A stretch of DNA of 63,772 nucleotides, filler included, from Octopus bimaculoides (GCF_001194135.2; 4 parts of 4 records of this genome joined end to end with filler, not necessarily neighbours in it); one strand, 5' to 3'. Shown: positions 39,331-53,695, counted from the whole stretch's first letter. The notes: generated from the sequence alone by a model not told the origin. Numbers and translations: made by a program.

Positions 39331-39834
39331 GACAGCAAGCTGACAGAATTGCTGGCATGCAGGACAAAATGCTTAGCAGCATTTTGTCAGTCTTTATGTT
39401 CTAAGTTCAAATTCCACCAAGGTTGACTTTACCTTTCATCCTTTTGGGCTCAATAAATAAGTATCAGTCAAGTACTGCTCTCGATGTAATTGACTAGCCC
39501 TCTCTCCTAAAATCTCAGGCTTTTGTGCCTTTAGTAGAAAGGATTATTATTATAATTCTTTTTCTTCTTGTCATTATTAAGGTAATGAACTGGCAGAATC
39601 ATATGTTGAAGAAAGTAATTAACTGTGTTTCTTCTGGCATTTTATATCCAGATTTCAAATTCCATCAAGATCAACTTAGCCTTTCTTCCATTTGGGGTTA
39701 GCAAAATAAGTATTAATCAAGTACTGGTTGATGTAATCAACTAAACCCTCCCCTCAAAATTGCTGACATTGCACATAAATTAAAAACGATTATTACCTAT
39801 TTATTCATTTGTTATGCATTGGTTTACTCTGCAG

Positions 39835-40002
39835 GAACTGAAGGGTGAGATAATTGTGAAAAGCCTCTTGTCTGTGGACTTCGTTGATCAACATGGCCAC
39901 AAGTCATGCTATGTGCTCATATCAGATAACATGAAGCAAATATTTGTGTTACGAGATGGCTCTATTGTGAACCTACTGACGGCACCAGGTGTTATAGTGG
40001 CT
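39835..40002 (+). CDS. Exon 5 of beta-propeller gene: ELKGEIIVKSLLSVDFVDQHGHKSCYVLISDNMKQIFVLRDGSIVNLLTAPGVIVA
   Basis: Acceptor tttactctgcag|, 168 nt phase 0-0, donor GCT|GTAAGT. Confidence 0.9.
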
Positions 40003-40784
40003 GTAAGTATCTCTTTTACTGTCTTGTATCTAAGGGTCTACTTATAAAGTGGGTTCTACTTCTGGTCATTGTTGGGATGTCGTGTCACTCTGCTGATTTA
40101 GTTGTAGTGGATTGTTGTTGTTAGTTTCTGTATTAGTGGACTATAATGATATATAACTGACTCATTTCATTAAAAAAAAACTGGAAAAAAAAATCAATGA
40201 TAAAATCAACAGAATTTTAACTTTATACTTCCTATAAAAGTACCAGTATTGTTACAATGATTAATCCACTTTTCCTGTTTTATCCAATGTAAAAATTATC
40301 CATACTGATACCATGTAAAAAGTACCTATACCAGTTCCACTTGAGAAGCACCTGTGCTGGCACCACATGAAAAGCACTGGTGCCAGGCCATGTAAAGAGC
40401 ACCCATACCAGAGCACGTAAGAAGTCCTCATACTTGTGCCACAATAAAAGCATCCAACACACTCTAGAAAGTGATTGGCGTTAGGAAGGGCATCCAGCCA
40501 TAGAAACCAAGCCAAATCAGACTGGGACCTAGTGCAGCTCTCCAACTTGCAAGCATGGAAAATGGAGTCTAAGTGATGATGATGATGATATTTAGTGGCA
40601 TGTTGTGGTTAAGAATAGTCAATGATAGGTAATGGACTGAGTTTTAGCTTTTGATATTTATAGAAATTGAGATGCCAGGTTCAGTTCCACTAAGCAACAC
40701 CTTGGGCAAATGTCTTCTGCTTTTACACCAAGACAACCAAAACTTAGTGAGTGGATTTGATAGACAGAAAATGAAAGAAGCCTG

Positions 40785-40844
<60 letters not shown>

Positions 40845-41117
40845 ACCCTTGTCTTGACTTCATGTGATTACTGTACACAAGCATCACTGTTATATTGGTG
40901 AGGTTCTTTTGCAATCTTCTTTGGAAAACACGACTGTTTATGGAGAAATAATATTACCTTGCTTAAAAATAGTTGAGTGTTGGTGAGAGGAAGGACAGAG
41001 AGCAATAGAAAATCTGCCTCAACAAATTCCAGCATGGAAAGGAAGACATTGAAATGATGATAATTTTGATGATATTCTGTTTATTCCAATTAATGAGCTT
41101 CTGTTTTTTTTTTCCAG

Positions 41118-41267
41118 ATGTGTAAAGGTTCATTTGTAAACAGCAATATATTAGGTTACCAAGCACAACCCAATGGTGACATAGCCAGAGATTCTGACCC
41201 ACCAGAAAATACACAAGTCCTCCTTGGCACTGAGAATGGTGCAATATACTTCCTTCACAATTTTACA
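41118..41267 (+). CDS. Exon 6 of beta-propeller gene: MCKGSFVNSNILGYQAQPNGDIARDSDPPENTQVLLGTENGAIYFLHNFT
   Basis: Acceptor ttttttttttccag|, 150 nt phase 0-0, donor ACA|GTGAGT; blade motif VLLGTENGAIY. Confidence 0.9.
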
Positions 41268-44200
41268 GTGAGTTGTTTTTATGTTTTCCTGTTGGTTTTT
41301 TTCTTTTGCTTTTTTCTAAATTGATGTTTTTAAACCAATTTGAGAAAGAAAGTAAAAATAGCAACAGGCCTACTTTGGTGTTTATAATGCCTAATGTCAT
41401 TTGCATATAAAAATAATAGCAATTAATTTATAAAACTAAATATTGTGTGGCTGCTGGTGCCATCTAAAAAAACACTGGTGATGGTACCATGTAAAAAGCA
41501 CTTAGCATACTCTGTAAAATGGTTGGCATTAGGAAGGGGCATCCAGCTATAGGAACCAAACCAAAACAGACTATAGAACCTGGAGCAACCCCTGGCCTAG
41601 CCAGTTACTGTCAAGCTAACTAACACCAACATGGAAAACGGACTTTGAATATGCATGATGAAATGTTGTACATCATTCATGCACTTCCCAGGTTCTTTAC
41701 TCAATCACATTAATGATAACTGTTGATATGTGTCAGCAATCTGGCAAAATTGTTACCATGTTGGACTACATTACTTAGCAGCATTTCATCTGGTTCCTTA
41801 CATGCTGAGTTCAAATCCCACTGAAATCAACTCATCCTTTTGGGGGTCAATAAAATAACCAGTGAAGTACAACCAGTAGATGTAATCAACTATCCCCACC
41901 AAATTGCTGGCCTGGCATCCAAATCTGAAATACTTTTTAAAATAAGTACTGGAGATTTAAGGCAGTGAGCTGGCAAAATCATTAGCATGCTGAGCAAGAT
42001 GCTTAGTGGCCTTTTTTTTGTCTTTCATCTTTTTAAGGTTGATAAAATAAGTACTAGTTGATGACTGGGGTCATTTTAATTGACTTAGCCCCTCTCTCAA
42101 AGCTGCTGGCCTTGAGCCAAAATTTGAAACCAATATAAGTACTGGGGTACAATACAGTTAATCAAACTGGCTCCCAGGAAGGAGGGAAAAGAAATGTTGA
42201 TCTTAGTGGGAATTGAACACATAATGGCCATTCCATAATGATGATAAAAATAATTTTCTATTGAAAGCACAAGGTTTGAAATTTGTGGGTGGGTAGTTGA
42301 TTTAATTGACTGCTGTTCTTGAATGGTACTTTATTTTATTCATGCCAGTACATTGAAAGGCAAATATGACCTCAGCCACATTTGAATTCAGAATGTAAAG
42401 AGCCAGAATAAATACTGCAAAGCATTTTTTCTGCCGATACTGTGACAATTCTGCTAATCCATCAACCTTTATTATCACAAAGTCTCTAACAAAGTCATAA
42501 ATTAACAGGTCAGTCGATCAAATGAACCTCAATTTTTGACTGGTACGTTTTATTTGCTCTGGAGGGATGAAAAGCAGACTAGACCTTAGTGGAATTTGAA
42601 CTTGCAATGTAAAGACTAAAGTATATTTATCCAACACTCTAATGAGTCTGCCAATCCACAATCCTAATAATAATATAATAATAATAATAATAATAATAAT
42701 TTCTACTATAAGCACAAAGCCTGAAATTTTAGGGAATGGGTCTACTGGTACTTATTCTATCAATCTTCAAAGAATTAAAGGCAAAGTTGACTTTGATGAA
42801 ATTTGAACTCAGAACGTAAAGATTGACAAAATGCCACTTAGCATTTTGTCTGGCGAGCTAATAATTCTGCCAGCTCACTGCCTTAATGATAATAATTATG
42901 ATAGGTTTATAAGTAAAAAGGAACAGTTAGTGATATTGATTCCATTATATAACTGGTACTTAAAATGAAAAATAGCAGTTGACATTGACAGGATTTGAAC
43001 TCAGAAAAAAAATCACCAAGATTTAAATACTTCAGTTATTTCCAGACATCTTTGTAGTTCACTGTCCCGGTGGAGTATGGGTGCAAGAGTCCTCAGACAT
43101 TCTCCCAGAAGGTCCTGCCACAAATGTTCTGGCTGGATACTCAAGCAATACTAACCATGGCTACAGTTATCATCCAACTATCTCTCTCTCATGGTCTAAA
43201 CCTAGGTCACCTGCCAATTGCCCTGCCTACAAAAATCCAATTCTTTCCTGAGACATTATGATCACATTAGAGTGTTACCCACCATACAACAGGTAACTTT
43301 GGAAATATACTTTTACCACCATGGTTAAAATGCATGCTATATCAAGAAGTATAGCATACACACAGTAATTATAATTTAACTTTTACCAAATTTATTGGTG
43401 CTTATACAAAATGATGAAATGAAAACTAATTTTCGAAAGAAAGTGGCTGTGTAGTAAGTAGCTTGCTTACCAACCACATGGTTCCGGGTTCAGTCCCACT
43501 GTGTGGCACCTTGGGCAAGTGCCTTCTACTATGGCCTCGGGCCGACCAAAGCCTTGTGAGTGGATTTGGTAGACGGAAACTGAAAGAAGCCCGTCATATA
43601 TATGTATATATATATGTGTGTTTGTCCCCCCAACATCACTTGACAACTGATGCTGGTGTGTTTACGTCCCTGTAACTTAGCGGTTCGGCAAAAGAGACTG
43701 ATAGAATAAGTACTAGGCTTACAAAGAATAAGTCCTAGNNNNNNNNNNNNNNNNNNNNNNNNNNNNNNNNNNNNNNNNNNNNNNNNNNNNNNNNNNNNNN
43801 NNNNNNNNNNNNNNNNNNNNNNNNNNNNNNNNNNNNNNNNNNNNNNNNNNNNNNNNNNNNNNNNNNNNNNNNNNNNNNNNNNNNNNNNNNNNNNNNNNNN
43901 NNNNNNNNNNNNNNNNNNNNNNNNNNNNNNNNNNNNNNNNNNNNNNNNNNNNNNNNNNCCTTCCATAACTACTATCATTTACTTCCTCTCCTCCTCTGTC
44001 TTTGATTCTTTTTCTCTCACTGTGTGTAGCATTCCTTCACTTGTTGCCTGTCACCAAGCCTAGTATGTGCACTCTTTCTGCATCTCTTGTGTTAACCCTT
44101 TCTCTATTTGAAGTAAAGCATGACTAGAAAAGACATTCCTATAATGTAAGAGCTGTGACTTTTCAATACTTAGATGATTAACCCCTCAAAATTCAGATTT

Positions 44201-44421
44201 TGCCAAATGTAATGCTTATTTATTCACATTATTTTGAATTAATCATGCATTATCTTGTAGCTTCAAGGTTTTAAGGATGTGACTGTTTATTTTTAGAATG
44301 ACATTATAGGGAAATGAGAGAGGCCAAATCTGGCTAGTTTGAACATAAAACCGGTAGAATATTTTGGTTGTATATGGCTGGTTTCAATGCTTAAAGGTTA
44401 TGACAGACAAAAAAAAAGTCC

Positions 44422-44716
44422 AGTTCTATATTTAAGAGATCAGGAATTATTTACATTAGACTTCATTGGAGACATATAGAGAAACTCCATCAAAAACTAG
44501 CTCGTCTTTCAAACCATCTAACTTTCCTGTGTAGATGTAGAGACTCAAAGCTAATACCACCTGGCTTGAATATAATGACACCAGTGGATTCATATAAAGC
44601 TAGAAGAGTAGCGGAAAGGGCAGGACATGCCCTCGTCCGTGAGAGGATCCATTACAACCGTTGTGTTGACAACAAACAAGATGAGGACGAATATCCGTCA
44701 AATGTAAATAATGTAA
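44422..44716 (+). mobile_element. Penelope-like element fragment: ORF N-terminal piece between the same terminal sequences
   Basis: The stop-free frame from 44461 reads LHWRHIEKLHQKLARLSNHLTFLCRCRDSKLIPPGLNIMTPVDSYKARRVAERAGHALVRERIHYNR, resembling Penelope/Poseidon ORF N-termini (recognition from memory). Flanks 44422-44458 and 44659-44716 match the ends of the 56496-56832 element. Confidence 0.65.
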
Positions 44717-44868
44717 ATAACGTAAAAAAAAAGTATCTTTGAAAATTAGTTTCAAAATATGTATTTTCTCAGTAGTATACATATTTTGATCTACTTGATC
44801 TGGTTACTGTAACCTCACATCTTTCATTGTATGTATTACAACTTCAACTTTGGTGCATAATATTTCAG

Positions 44869-45003
44869 ATATCTGTCGATGAATATGCCAGAGTATCTCA
44901 GCCAATACTCGACTTACAACCACTTCATCTTCCAGATTGTTCTTCAGATCTGGTTCTATGTTCAGGCTATTACAATGCTATCACAGTCTTTTTAGAAGGC
45001 AGG
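44869..45003 (+). CDS. Exon 7 of beta-propeller gene: ISVDEYARVSQPILDLQPLHLPDCSSDLVLCSGYYNAITVFLEGR; later exons not found
   Basis: Acceptor tatttcag|, 135 nt phase 0-0, donor AGG|GTAAGT. No stop codon is reached; a scaffold gap follows at 45524. Confidence 0.88.
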
Positions 45004-45261
45004 GTAAGTTCATTTTGTTTACTAACCTCATTTTCATAGGACTTATGATTCAATTTTGGGTGTTATCCATTTAAACCTTCTGTTTTAACTACTAATAGGT
45101 GTAAGCATGGCTTTGTGGTTAAGAAGCTTGTTTGGTAACCACATGGTTTCAGGTTCAGTCCCATTGCACTGAACCTTGGGCAAGTGTTTTGTATTATATA
45201 GTACCAGGTCAACCAGTGCTTCAAGTGAATTTGGTGGATTGAAATTGTGTTCAAACCAGTG

Positions 45262-45523
45262 CCGTGAGGACCAAAGACTCGAGGTATTTCGTGTTGCAAG
45301 ACAGTGTAGGAGAGAGAATAGTGATGTTGTAGGAGAGAAATGTGTTCGCATGGATGATGGTACGCTTGCACTAAATGAGGATGCAAAAAAAGAGGTCTGG
45401 AGATGCCACTACGATAGATTGCTTAATAAAGAGAATGAATGGGAGAAAGAGAGCCTGCCGTATGTCGACCCAATAGAGGGACCAGCTATCCGAGTTGATA
45501 GTACCAGGGTAGATAAAGCAATT
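45262..45523 (+). mobile_element. RTE-like LINE ORF2 fragment (endonuclease-RT linker), cut by scaffold gap
   Basis: REDQRLEVFRVARQCRRENSDVVGEKCVRMDDGTLALNEDAKKEVWRCHYDRLLNKENEW...VDKAI is typical of the region preceding K(A/S)PGP.G in RTE-type ORF2. Confidence 0.75.
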
Positions 45524-45623
45524 NNNNNNNNNNNNNNNNNNNNNNNNNNNNNNNNNNNNNNNNNNNNTTAATTAATTAANNNNNNNNNNNNNNNNNNNNN
45601 NNNNNNNNNNNNNNNNNNNNNNN

Positions 45624-45672
<49 letters not shown>

Positions 45673-47343
45673 TATATTTATATATATGTATATATGTATG
45701 TATGTATGTATGTATTGGTGTGTCTGTGTTTATGTCTCCATAACTCAGCCGTTTGACAAAAGAGACCGAAAGAATAAGTACTAGGCTTACAAAGAATAAG
45801 CGCGGGGTCGATTCGTTCGACTAAAGGCGGTGCTCCAGCATGGCCACAGTCAAAATAACTTAAACACGCAAAAAAAAAATATTTAAACACACACACACAC
45901 ATACACATATGGAGGGAGAGCAAGAAAAGCGGACAGAGAGAGAAGGAAAAGGCACGCTCTTTGATGGTTGATGAGAAAGTTGGCACATTGCCATATAACC
46001 GTTGTTTTGTTGGCTGCTCCCCCACAAGAGATGTTGAGCACTGCACGTATTTGGGCGGATTAGACAGACCATGTCACAATTCCGTGGTATGCAGGGTTAA
46101 ACCCAATCAAGACATTTCACAAATGTGAATTCCCATGGTTTGGGGTCAACGCTGTCACATATACTTTGTATAGTATCCGCAGCGGAAGCAACATGGCAAT
46201 TATTTCCTCTATCTTCAATGGCAGCAGCAGCAGAAGCAGCAGCAGAAGCAGCAGCAGCAACAGCACTACCAATAATACTTTTTATAAGGATGTAGAAATC
46301 CGCAGCCACTACATTCACCATCACACTCATTACTATCAGAACTGCTGCAGCCAGTAATTGATATCAACCTACTCTGAGAAACACTGGCAGCACGTAATGT
46401 ATGCAACCCTCGATGTGGTCTGACGCTAGAACCGCTAGAAATAGCAGTTAAGTCTTTCTACAATCGCATCGTATTGTAACTTCCTTTTTTTTTTGTTTCG
46501 AGGCATCATCCAGTCAGGTATGATTGCCTGGCCCGCGAAATCTTTTTTCCAACGAGAGTTCCGGACCCCTGTAAGAAACTCATTTTCATACAGCCAATCA
46601 GAGCAGAGCCACCTTTACCCTTTCTGTCTTTCTAGTCAGCACCGTGCATTCCTTACTCTTCCCCTCCCTACTGGTAGACAACAACTTCTCCGTCCTCTAA
46701 CTACCTGTCGGGCAAACGAATAAATATATGTAAATAATATTTCTTCCTTCTTGGTGTTGATCCTTCGATGTTCACTGGTCACTCAGACGTTGGCACAATA
46801 ATACATTTGCCCAAACTTAAATGTTGGAGTTATTCCATCATTTTTTTCCAGAAAGATGTTTTAAAAAGTTATAGAGCTTTAAAGTTTGACCATTTTCACC
46901 CAGTCAGGCGATAAGATAAGGTCACTTGGTCAAGGAATGACCATGCTTCTTTTCTCTTGCTGTTCTTGTTCACTTTGTAAAACAGTAAGGTGAGAGAGCT
47001 GCTAGCATATCACCCTCTGCCCACATTTTCTCCATCCACATCTTTACAAAATCCGATAATAGGTATTATATGCAAATCTATCTAATTACTTGTCTCCTTC
47101 TAAAACCAGGCATAATTTGGCGATGGGTCGACTTACAACATCGTTCTCCGCCTTGAGTTTACTTGGTAGAGTGTGTTTTTGTTAACTTGACAACAAGGTC
47201 ATGGTGAGCTCCGATTGGCTGTATGAAAATGAGTTCATTACTGGGGTCCGAAACTCTCGCTTTTGCCAAACCGCTAAGTTACGAAGAATTAAATACACTA
47301 ACGCCTGTTGTGAAGTGGTAGTGGAAGACAAACACAAAGACAA

Positions 47344-47398
<55 letters not shown>

Positions 47399-49053
47399 CA
47401 CACACACACATGCGCACAAACTTACGGTGGGCTTCTTCCCGTTTCCGTCTACCAAATCCACTCACAAAGCTTTAGTCGGCCCGAGGCTATAGTAGAAGAC
47501 ACTTGCTCAAGTTGCCACCCTTTGGGATTAAACCTGGAGCCCTGTGGTTGGTATGCAAACTACTTACCACACAGCCACACGTGTGCCTATGTATGTGTTC
47601 CTTTTTAAAACCTCCAACATTATCCACTCTATATGATTTTCATTTGATTTGATCTGGCATACGATGTCCAAGTGCAGGCATCAAAACAATTACAGTTTAT
47701 CAGACAATAAGGCAGTGTCTACAAGGTCCTTCGACACGTTACAAACCACAACCAAATTTCCCTCAAGTCACATACTGTGCCTTCGGTTGTTGAACTATAA
47801 AAACGAAGGGTAACCAGGACCAGAAATGTCACTTGGTTCTGGGTCGACGCGGGGCAGAGTGACAGCAATAGCTAAACTTTCACACCACGACTAAGAGTCT
47901 AAGAAATCATAATAGGTTATTGTTTATTTAATCTGGGATCAACTCACAATAAAAAGACCTATGATTGAAGATAACTGATTCTAGCCATGGTCATCCTGTT
48001 TTGTGAAGCGATCTAAAACTATACATCTTTTTAAGACAGCAGGATGTGACTTATTATTTCTCACCGGTATACCACTGGTCCGTCTGTAATTTGTTGCTCA
48101 AGGTCAACCCTATTTATCTGACTTATGATCAAAGACATTCCAGACGTGACCATTCGATTTATTTTGTATATGCAGAAAAGAAAAACCATTGTCAAATGTA
48201 TCCTTCCATTTTTAAAACGGTTGGGTGGGATTTGAGGGAATTATTTCTATCACGTCGAACGACCACATAGAGGCTTCTTCGATGTTACGTGTTTCAGTTT
48301 ATAATAAATTGTATAGTTTACGGCATAAGTGTTACGGTGCAGCTGAAAGATGCAGCAACATTGTAAAATGTAAAAATTGACGTGTAATTCCTTGTTTTAC
48401 AACACCGAGAACTATTTAGTTGTACGGTTTTATCTATAAATACCGAAGTAAATTTGGCTACACCCACTAGACACGAAAATTGTTATTTCAATTAATGCTT
48501 CTTGGAGTAGAGCATATTTGAAAAATACTGCTACATTCAGTCAAAGAGTAACAAACGATTATAAAAATTAAGAAAAGAAAACCAAAAGTTTTATTGGAAC
48601 TGTTCCAAGAACAACAACGTTGCATACTTTCAGTGCACCATATAGCATCACTCTACAAGCCAGCAGTTTGTTTGTATTGCTCAAACATATACACATACCA
48701 CGTTCATGTATACACAAACTATACAGCGTTCTTCTGCATTCAAATTTGAAACTGCCTGATTTCCAGACCGCTTAAAACCCGTATGAAGAAGAAAATGGTT
48801 AAAGCCTTGCTTCGCAGCCACTACTGATAAAGAATGACGGTTTGGCTGCTTATTTCCTTCAATCCACAACCTACTGTCTTAAAAAATGGAAGAACTTGTT
48901 TGCGAATGTAGTCCCAGAAAGAAAAAAGAAGAAAAAAAGATGGGAGTGACATAACTGGAACGCTTTTGATCACAGGTCTTAAGTGTCCACCGGGACTGAC
49001 CTGGAGCTCAACAATAACAATGATTTCTTCTTCTACTACTACTACTACTACTG

Positions 49054-49091
<38 letters not shown>

Positions 49092-49699
49092 GCTGCCGCC
49101 ACCTTCTATTAATTCTATTATTGGCACATTTTTATTATTGACACAAAGCCAATAATTTGGAGGGCGGGGAGTCAAGTCGTTTACTTCGACTCCAGTGCTT
49201 GACTGGTACTTATTTTATCGATCACGATAGGACGAAAGGTAAAGTCAACTTCTGCGGAATTTGAACTTAGAATGTAAAGCCAGAAGAAATGTCAGAAGGA
49301 ATTTTGTCCGGCGTAGTAACTATTCTGCTGACTCGACGCTTTAGCCCTACTATTAATAATACCAGCGCATTGTCTTCCGACTTTACGTTCTGAGTTCAAA
49401 TGTCACCAGGGTTGATTTCTCCCTTCATCCTTTCGGGGTCGATAAAATAAGTACCAGTTACACATTGGGGTCGATCTAATGGACTTACAACCTCCACCGA
49501 AATTGTTGGTCCTTTGCCAGACTTTGAAATTAATAATATTATCAACAGGCCTGTACGGTAAGAAACTTGCTTCCCAACTACATAGTCTCAGATTCAGTCC
49601 CACTGCGTGGCACTTTGGGAAAGTGTTTTCTACTATAGTCTCGGGCCGACCAAAGCCTTGTGAGTGGGTTTGGTAGATTGAAACGGAAAAACGCCCGTC

Positions 49700-49735
<36 letters not shown>

Positions 49736-50035
49736 NNNNNNNNNNNNNNNNNNNNNNNNNNNNNNNNNNNNNNNNNNNNNNNNNNNNNNNNNNNNNNNNN
49801 NNNNNNNNNNNNNNNNNNNNNNNNNNNNNNNNNNNNNNNNNNNNNNNNNNNNNNNNNNNNNNNNNNNNNNNNNNNNNNNNNNNNNNNNNNNNNNNNNNNN
49901 NNNNNNNNNNNNNNNNNNNNNNNNNNNNNNNNNNNNNNNNNNNNNNNNNNNNNNNNNNNNNNNNNNNNNNNNNNNNNNNNNNNNNNNNNNNNNNNNNNNN
50001 NNNNNNNNNNNNNNNNNNNNNNNNNNNNNNNNNNN

Positions 50036-50083
<48 letters not shown>

Positions 50084-53000
50084 GGGAGAGATTTTTGTAT
50101 CCAGAACACCCAAAAGGCAGGTAAGGCTATGTAAGTGCTATGGAAGGACCACTATTAAAATCTCGGTTCAATAATAGTATGAGTGAGGAGTTTAAGGCGG
50201 GTCGTGTGTGAGCATGTATATGTTAAATAAAATAAGATAACAAAGCCAACGCAATGTGATATCTTTAGGACATTTATGAAGAGAAAGGTGGTCTTACAGC
50301 TGTTTCAGGGAAATAAATGATATCCCATCATCATTCTCTGATGAAGAAAAATCCTTGCTTACAAACCACATAGTTCCGGGTTCAGTCCCACTGCGGGGCA
50401 CCTTGGGCAAGTGTCTTCTACTATTGCGTCGGGCCGACCAAAGCCTTGTGAGTGGATTTGGTAGACGGAAACTGGAAGAAGCCCGTCGTATATATGTATA
50501 TATATACGTTATGTGTGTGTGTATATGTTCGTGTGTCCGTGTTTGTCCCCGCAACTTCGCTTGACAACCCATGCTGGTGTGTTTACGCCCCCGTAACTTA
50601 GTGGTTCGGCAAAAGACACCGATAGAATAAGTACTAGGCTTACAAAGAATAAGTCCTAAAGGCGGTACTTCAGCATGGCTGCAGTCAAATGACTGAAACA
50701 AGTAAAAGAGTAAAAGAGTTAATTGTATCAACCTTCTTAGTTGGGGAAAATAAACCTAGCGGTAATTGCTGGCAAGTCTCAGAAGGGGAGATAATTTCAA
50801 ATAAAAAAATCTCAGACAGAGCGGATGATAATTTGAAATAAGAAAATCTCTCATAGATAATTTATATGTTAAGAGAAAATATAGTGTGTGTTTGCTGGCA
50901 ACCAGATAACTACGAATAAGTTTTGATCTTGTTTTATCTCATCAGTGTAGTATAGTCTCATCACTGCTTTTATTATTTGACAACAGTTTATCAAAGAAAA
51001 TCTAGTTATGAAAAGTTTAGCCCACTTCGTAACTAGTTCCGTTCCAATGTGCGACACCATAAAGCAGATGTCTGTTCCTGTAGCCTTCGGGCTGACCAAT
51101 GCCTGGCTAGTGTATTGGTTAGACGGAAAGTATCGTATCTGCAAGCCCATCTCTACGCATACATACATTCATACATGCATACATATGTGTGTGTATGCAT
51201 GTATGCATGAATCCGTGTCTATATATGCGTGTGTATATGTGTGTGCATTTTTGTGTTTCTTGCTCAATCACTTGACAAAAAATGTTGGTTTGTTTGGCTA
51301 CACAATAAATACCGGAGTCGATTTATTCGACTGACATTTTGACCGTTATTTAATGGCTGAAACAAGTAAAAACTACACGGATAAAAGAATACCCAAAAAT
51401 ATAATAACTCATGCAGGCGCATGATTTAAGTAAATGAATTAAGGACTGACGCCAAAAAGCTCAATTAATTAAAATTTCCCTTTTTTTGTTTGGAGAAGCA
51501 AAACGTTAACTTCATAGTAATTGGCACTGATTCAAAAAGGAAAGGGAAATGATTTTTAAAACCCTACTAACTTAATTTATATAATTTATTAATGTATACA
51601 AGTTTTAATTGAACGCTTTTGGGGGAAAACAATTTTCATGATTCTTTTTCTAACTGTAAACCTCTATCAAAATGTTGGAAATAATTTTGAGTAAGTTATA
51701 CTATCCGATGGCGCCCTGTAAGACGAAGCATATTAATCGTCTTATCCCCTTGCTTGCAAACAAAGAAGTGGTTCCCCATCATCTATTAAATCGATTTTGT
51801 AAAATCATTTCTTAGTTTCCTGAAATTATCTTCCATTTTCTTTGAGTGAGCTTAACAACAATACATAGCGTTTTTATATTCCTTCTCTGACCGAGAGGGG
51901 AATTTCTAAGAAAATAACTAATTTTCGTTCTTAGGGGGGAAAATACAATCTTTGTTAGCAGGCAAGTTGACAGCCAAATGATATTCTTAGTGTTAGCGTA
52001 TTTAATATAAGCTTCAAAAGATTATTTGAACATATTGTTCGATGAATTTAAACAATATTATCGTTGACTAATATCGTTTAAATTGAAATATGTTAACGTT
52101 AACTATTCCTAATTCCGTTTTTCATGCGGATAGCGTCTAAGAGAAATTTAATCTCTGAACAATCTGATAAAAGCCTGACAACTGGCAGTTTGACATGTTT
52201 GTTCTATTCACTGAAGCATTTTTCTCTCCTCAATCTTCTTCAGTCATGATAGTGTGGTAAACGGTTAACAGAGTCGGAGTAAGACAGACACTGCTATGAA
52301 GTGGAACAGTGTGAAGGAGATGGTAGCCATGTTACTCCTTTATCGCAAGTTGTATGTTTACATTAGTAATGAAGCGACACGAACGAATATGGGAGAATCC
52401 CAGAGGGATCTGAATCTGTCATATCACTGACGACATTGTCTAGGAACCACAGGAATAATTAATAACTCTGATATCAACACATATTCTTTCCTACTCTAGG
52501 TACAAGGACCGAAATTTTGGGGAGGGGGGCCAGTCGATTAGATCGACCCCAATACGCAACTGGTACTTAATTTATCAATCCCGATAAGATGAAAGGCAAA
52601 GTCGACCTCGGCGGAATCTGAACTCAGAACGTAAAGATAAACGAAGTACCTCCAAGCATTTCGCTCGACGTGCTAACGTTTCTAGCAGCTCGCCACCTGG
52701 ATATCAACACATATTGAAACAAATCAAGGATGTATGTGTTCATTCTGCTTGCTAGAAATAACAGCTAAATCTCCCTCAAATCATGCAACACTCATAAAAT
52801 GTTACATCGGACAATGTGGCTGAGAAAAAAAGCGATAAAAATGTGATAGTACGATTGGAAAGCATTTGGTCATAAGTCTTCTCTATCAGGATCGATATAA
52901 GGCGAGATAAAATCAATAACAACCCGCATCGAAGCTGGAAATTGTTTTGAATCAGAGTAATAACAGATACACAAATTGCTGGTCACGTGCTAAATTTTAA

Positions 53001-53275
53001 AGCCAATATTTGAATGGAATCTCTTGTTGGGAAAACTTGTATTACTCTTTTATTCTTTTACTTGTTTCACTCATTTGACTGTGGCCATGCTGGAGCACCA
53101 CCTTTAGTCGAGCAAATCGACCCCAGAACTTATTCTTTGGAAGCCTAGTACTTATTCTATCGGTCGCTTTTTGCCGAACCGCTAAGTTACGTGGACGTAA
53201 ACACACCAGCATCGGTTGTCAAGCGATGGTTGGGGGGCAAACACAGACACACATACATACATACATACATACATA

Positions 53276-53306
<31 letters not shown>

Positions 53307-53695
53307 NNNNNNNNNNNNNNNNNNNNNNNNNNNNNNNNNNNNNNNNNNNNNNNNNNNNNNNNNNNNNNNNCAGTTTCCGTCTACCAAATCCACTCACAAG
53401 GCTTTGGTCGGCCCGAGGCTATAGTAGAAGACAGTTGCCCAAGGTGCCACGCAGTGAGACTGAACCCGGAACCATGTGGTTCATAAGCAAGCTAACAAAA
53501 TAAATTTATATTTTGAAACGTGCTATAGTTGTAGTCATAAGACGAGTGCTGTCTTAATACTTGGGTACACTGAGTAGTTTCCTCAGGGGCCACAAAGGTC
53601 CGGAGGCTCAATTCAGATCTATCTATGCTGTGGATTACTGTCAATAAAGACTATAGAGTCCTGAGCACAGATTTCCTCAGTGCTCAGGGCCGATA

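Noticed and set aside
45960-46357. Short ORFs on both strands as the missing last exon of the propeller gene
   Set aside because: No polypyrimidine-AG acceptor in phase 0 and no propeller-like sequence.
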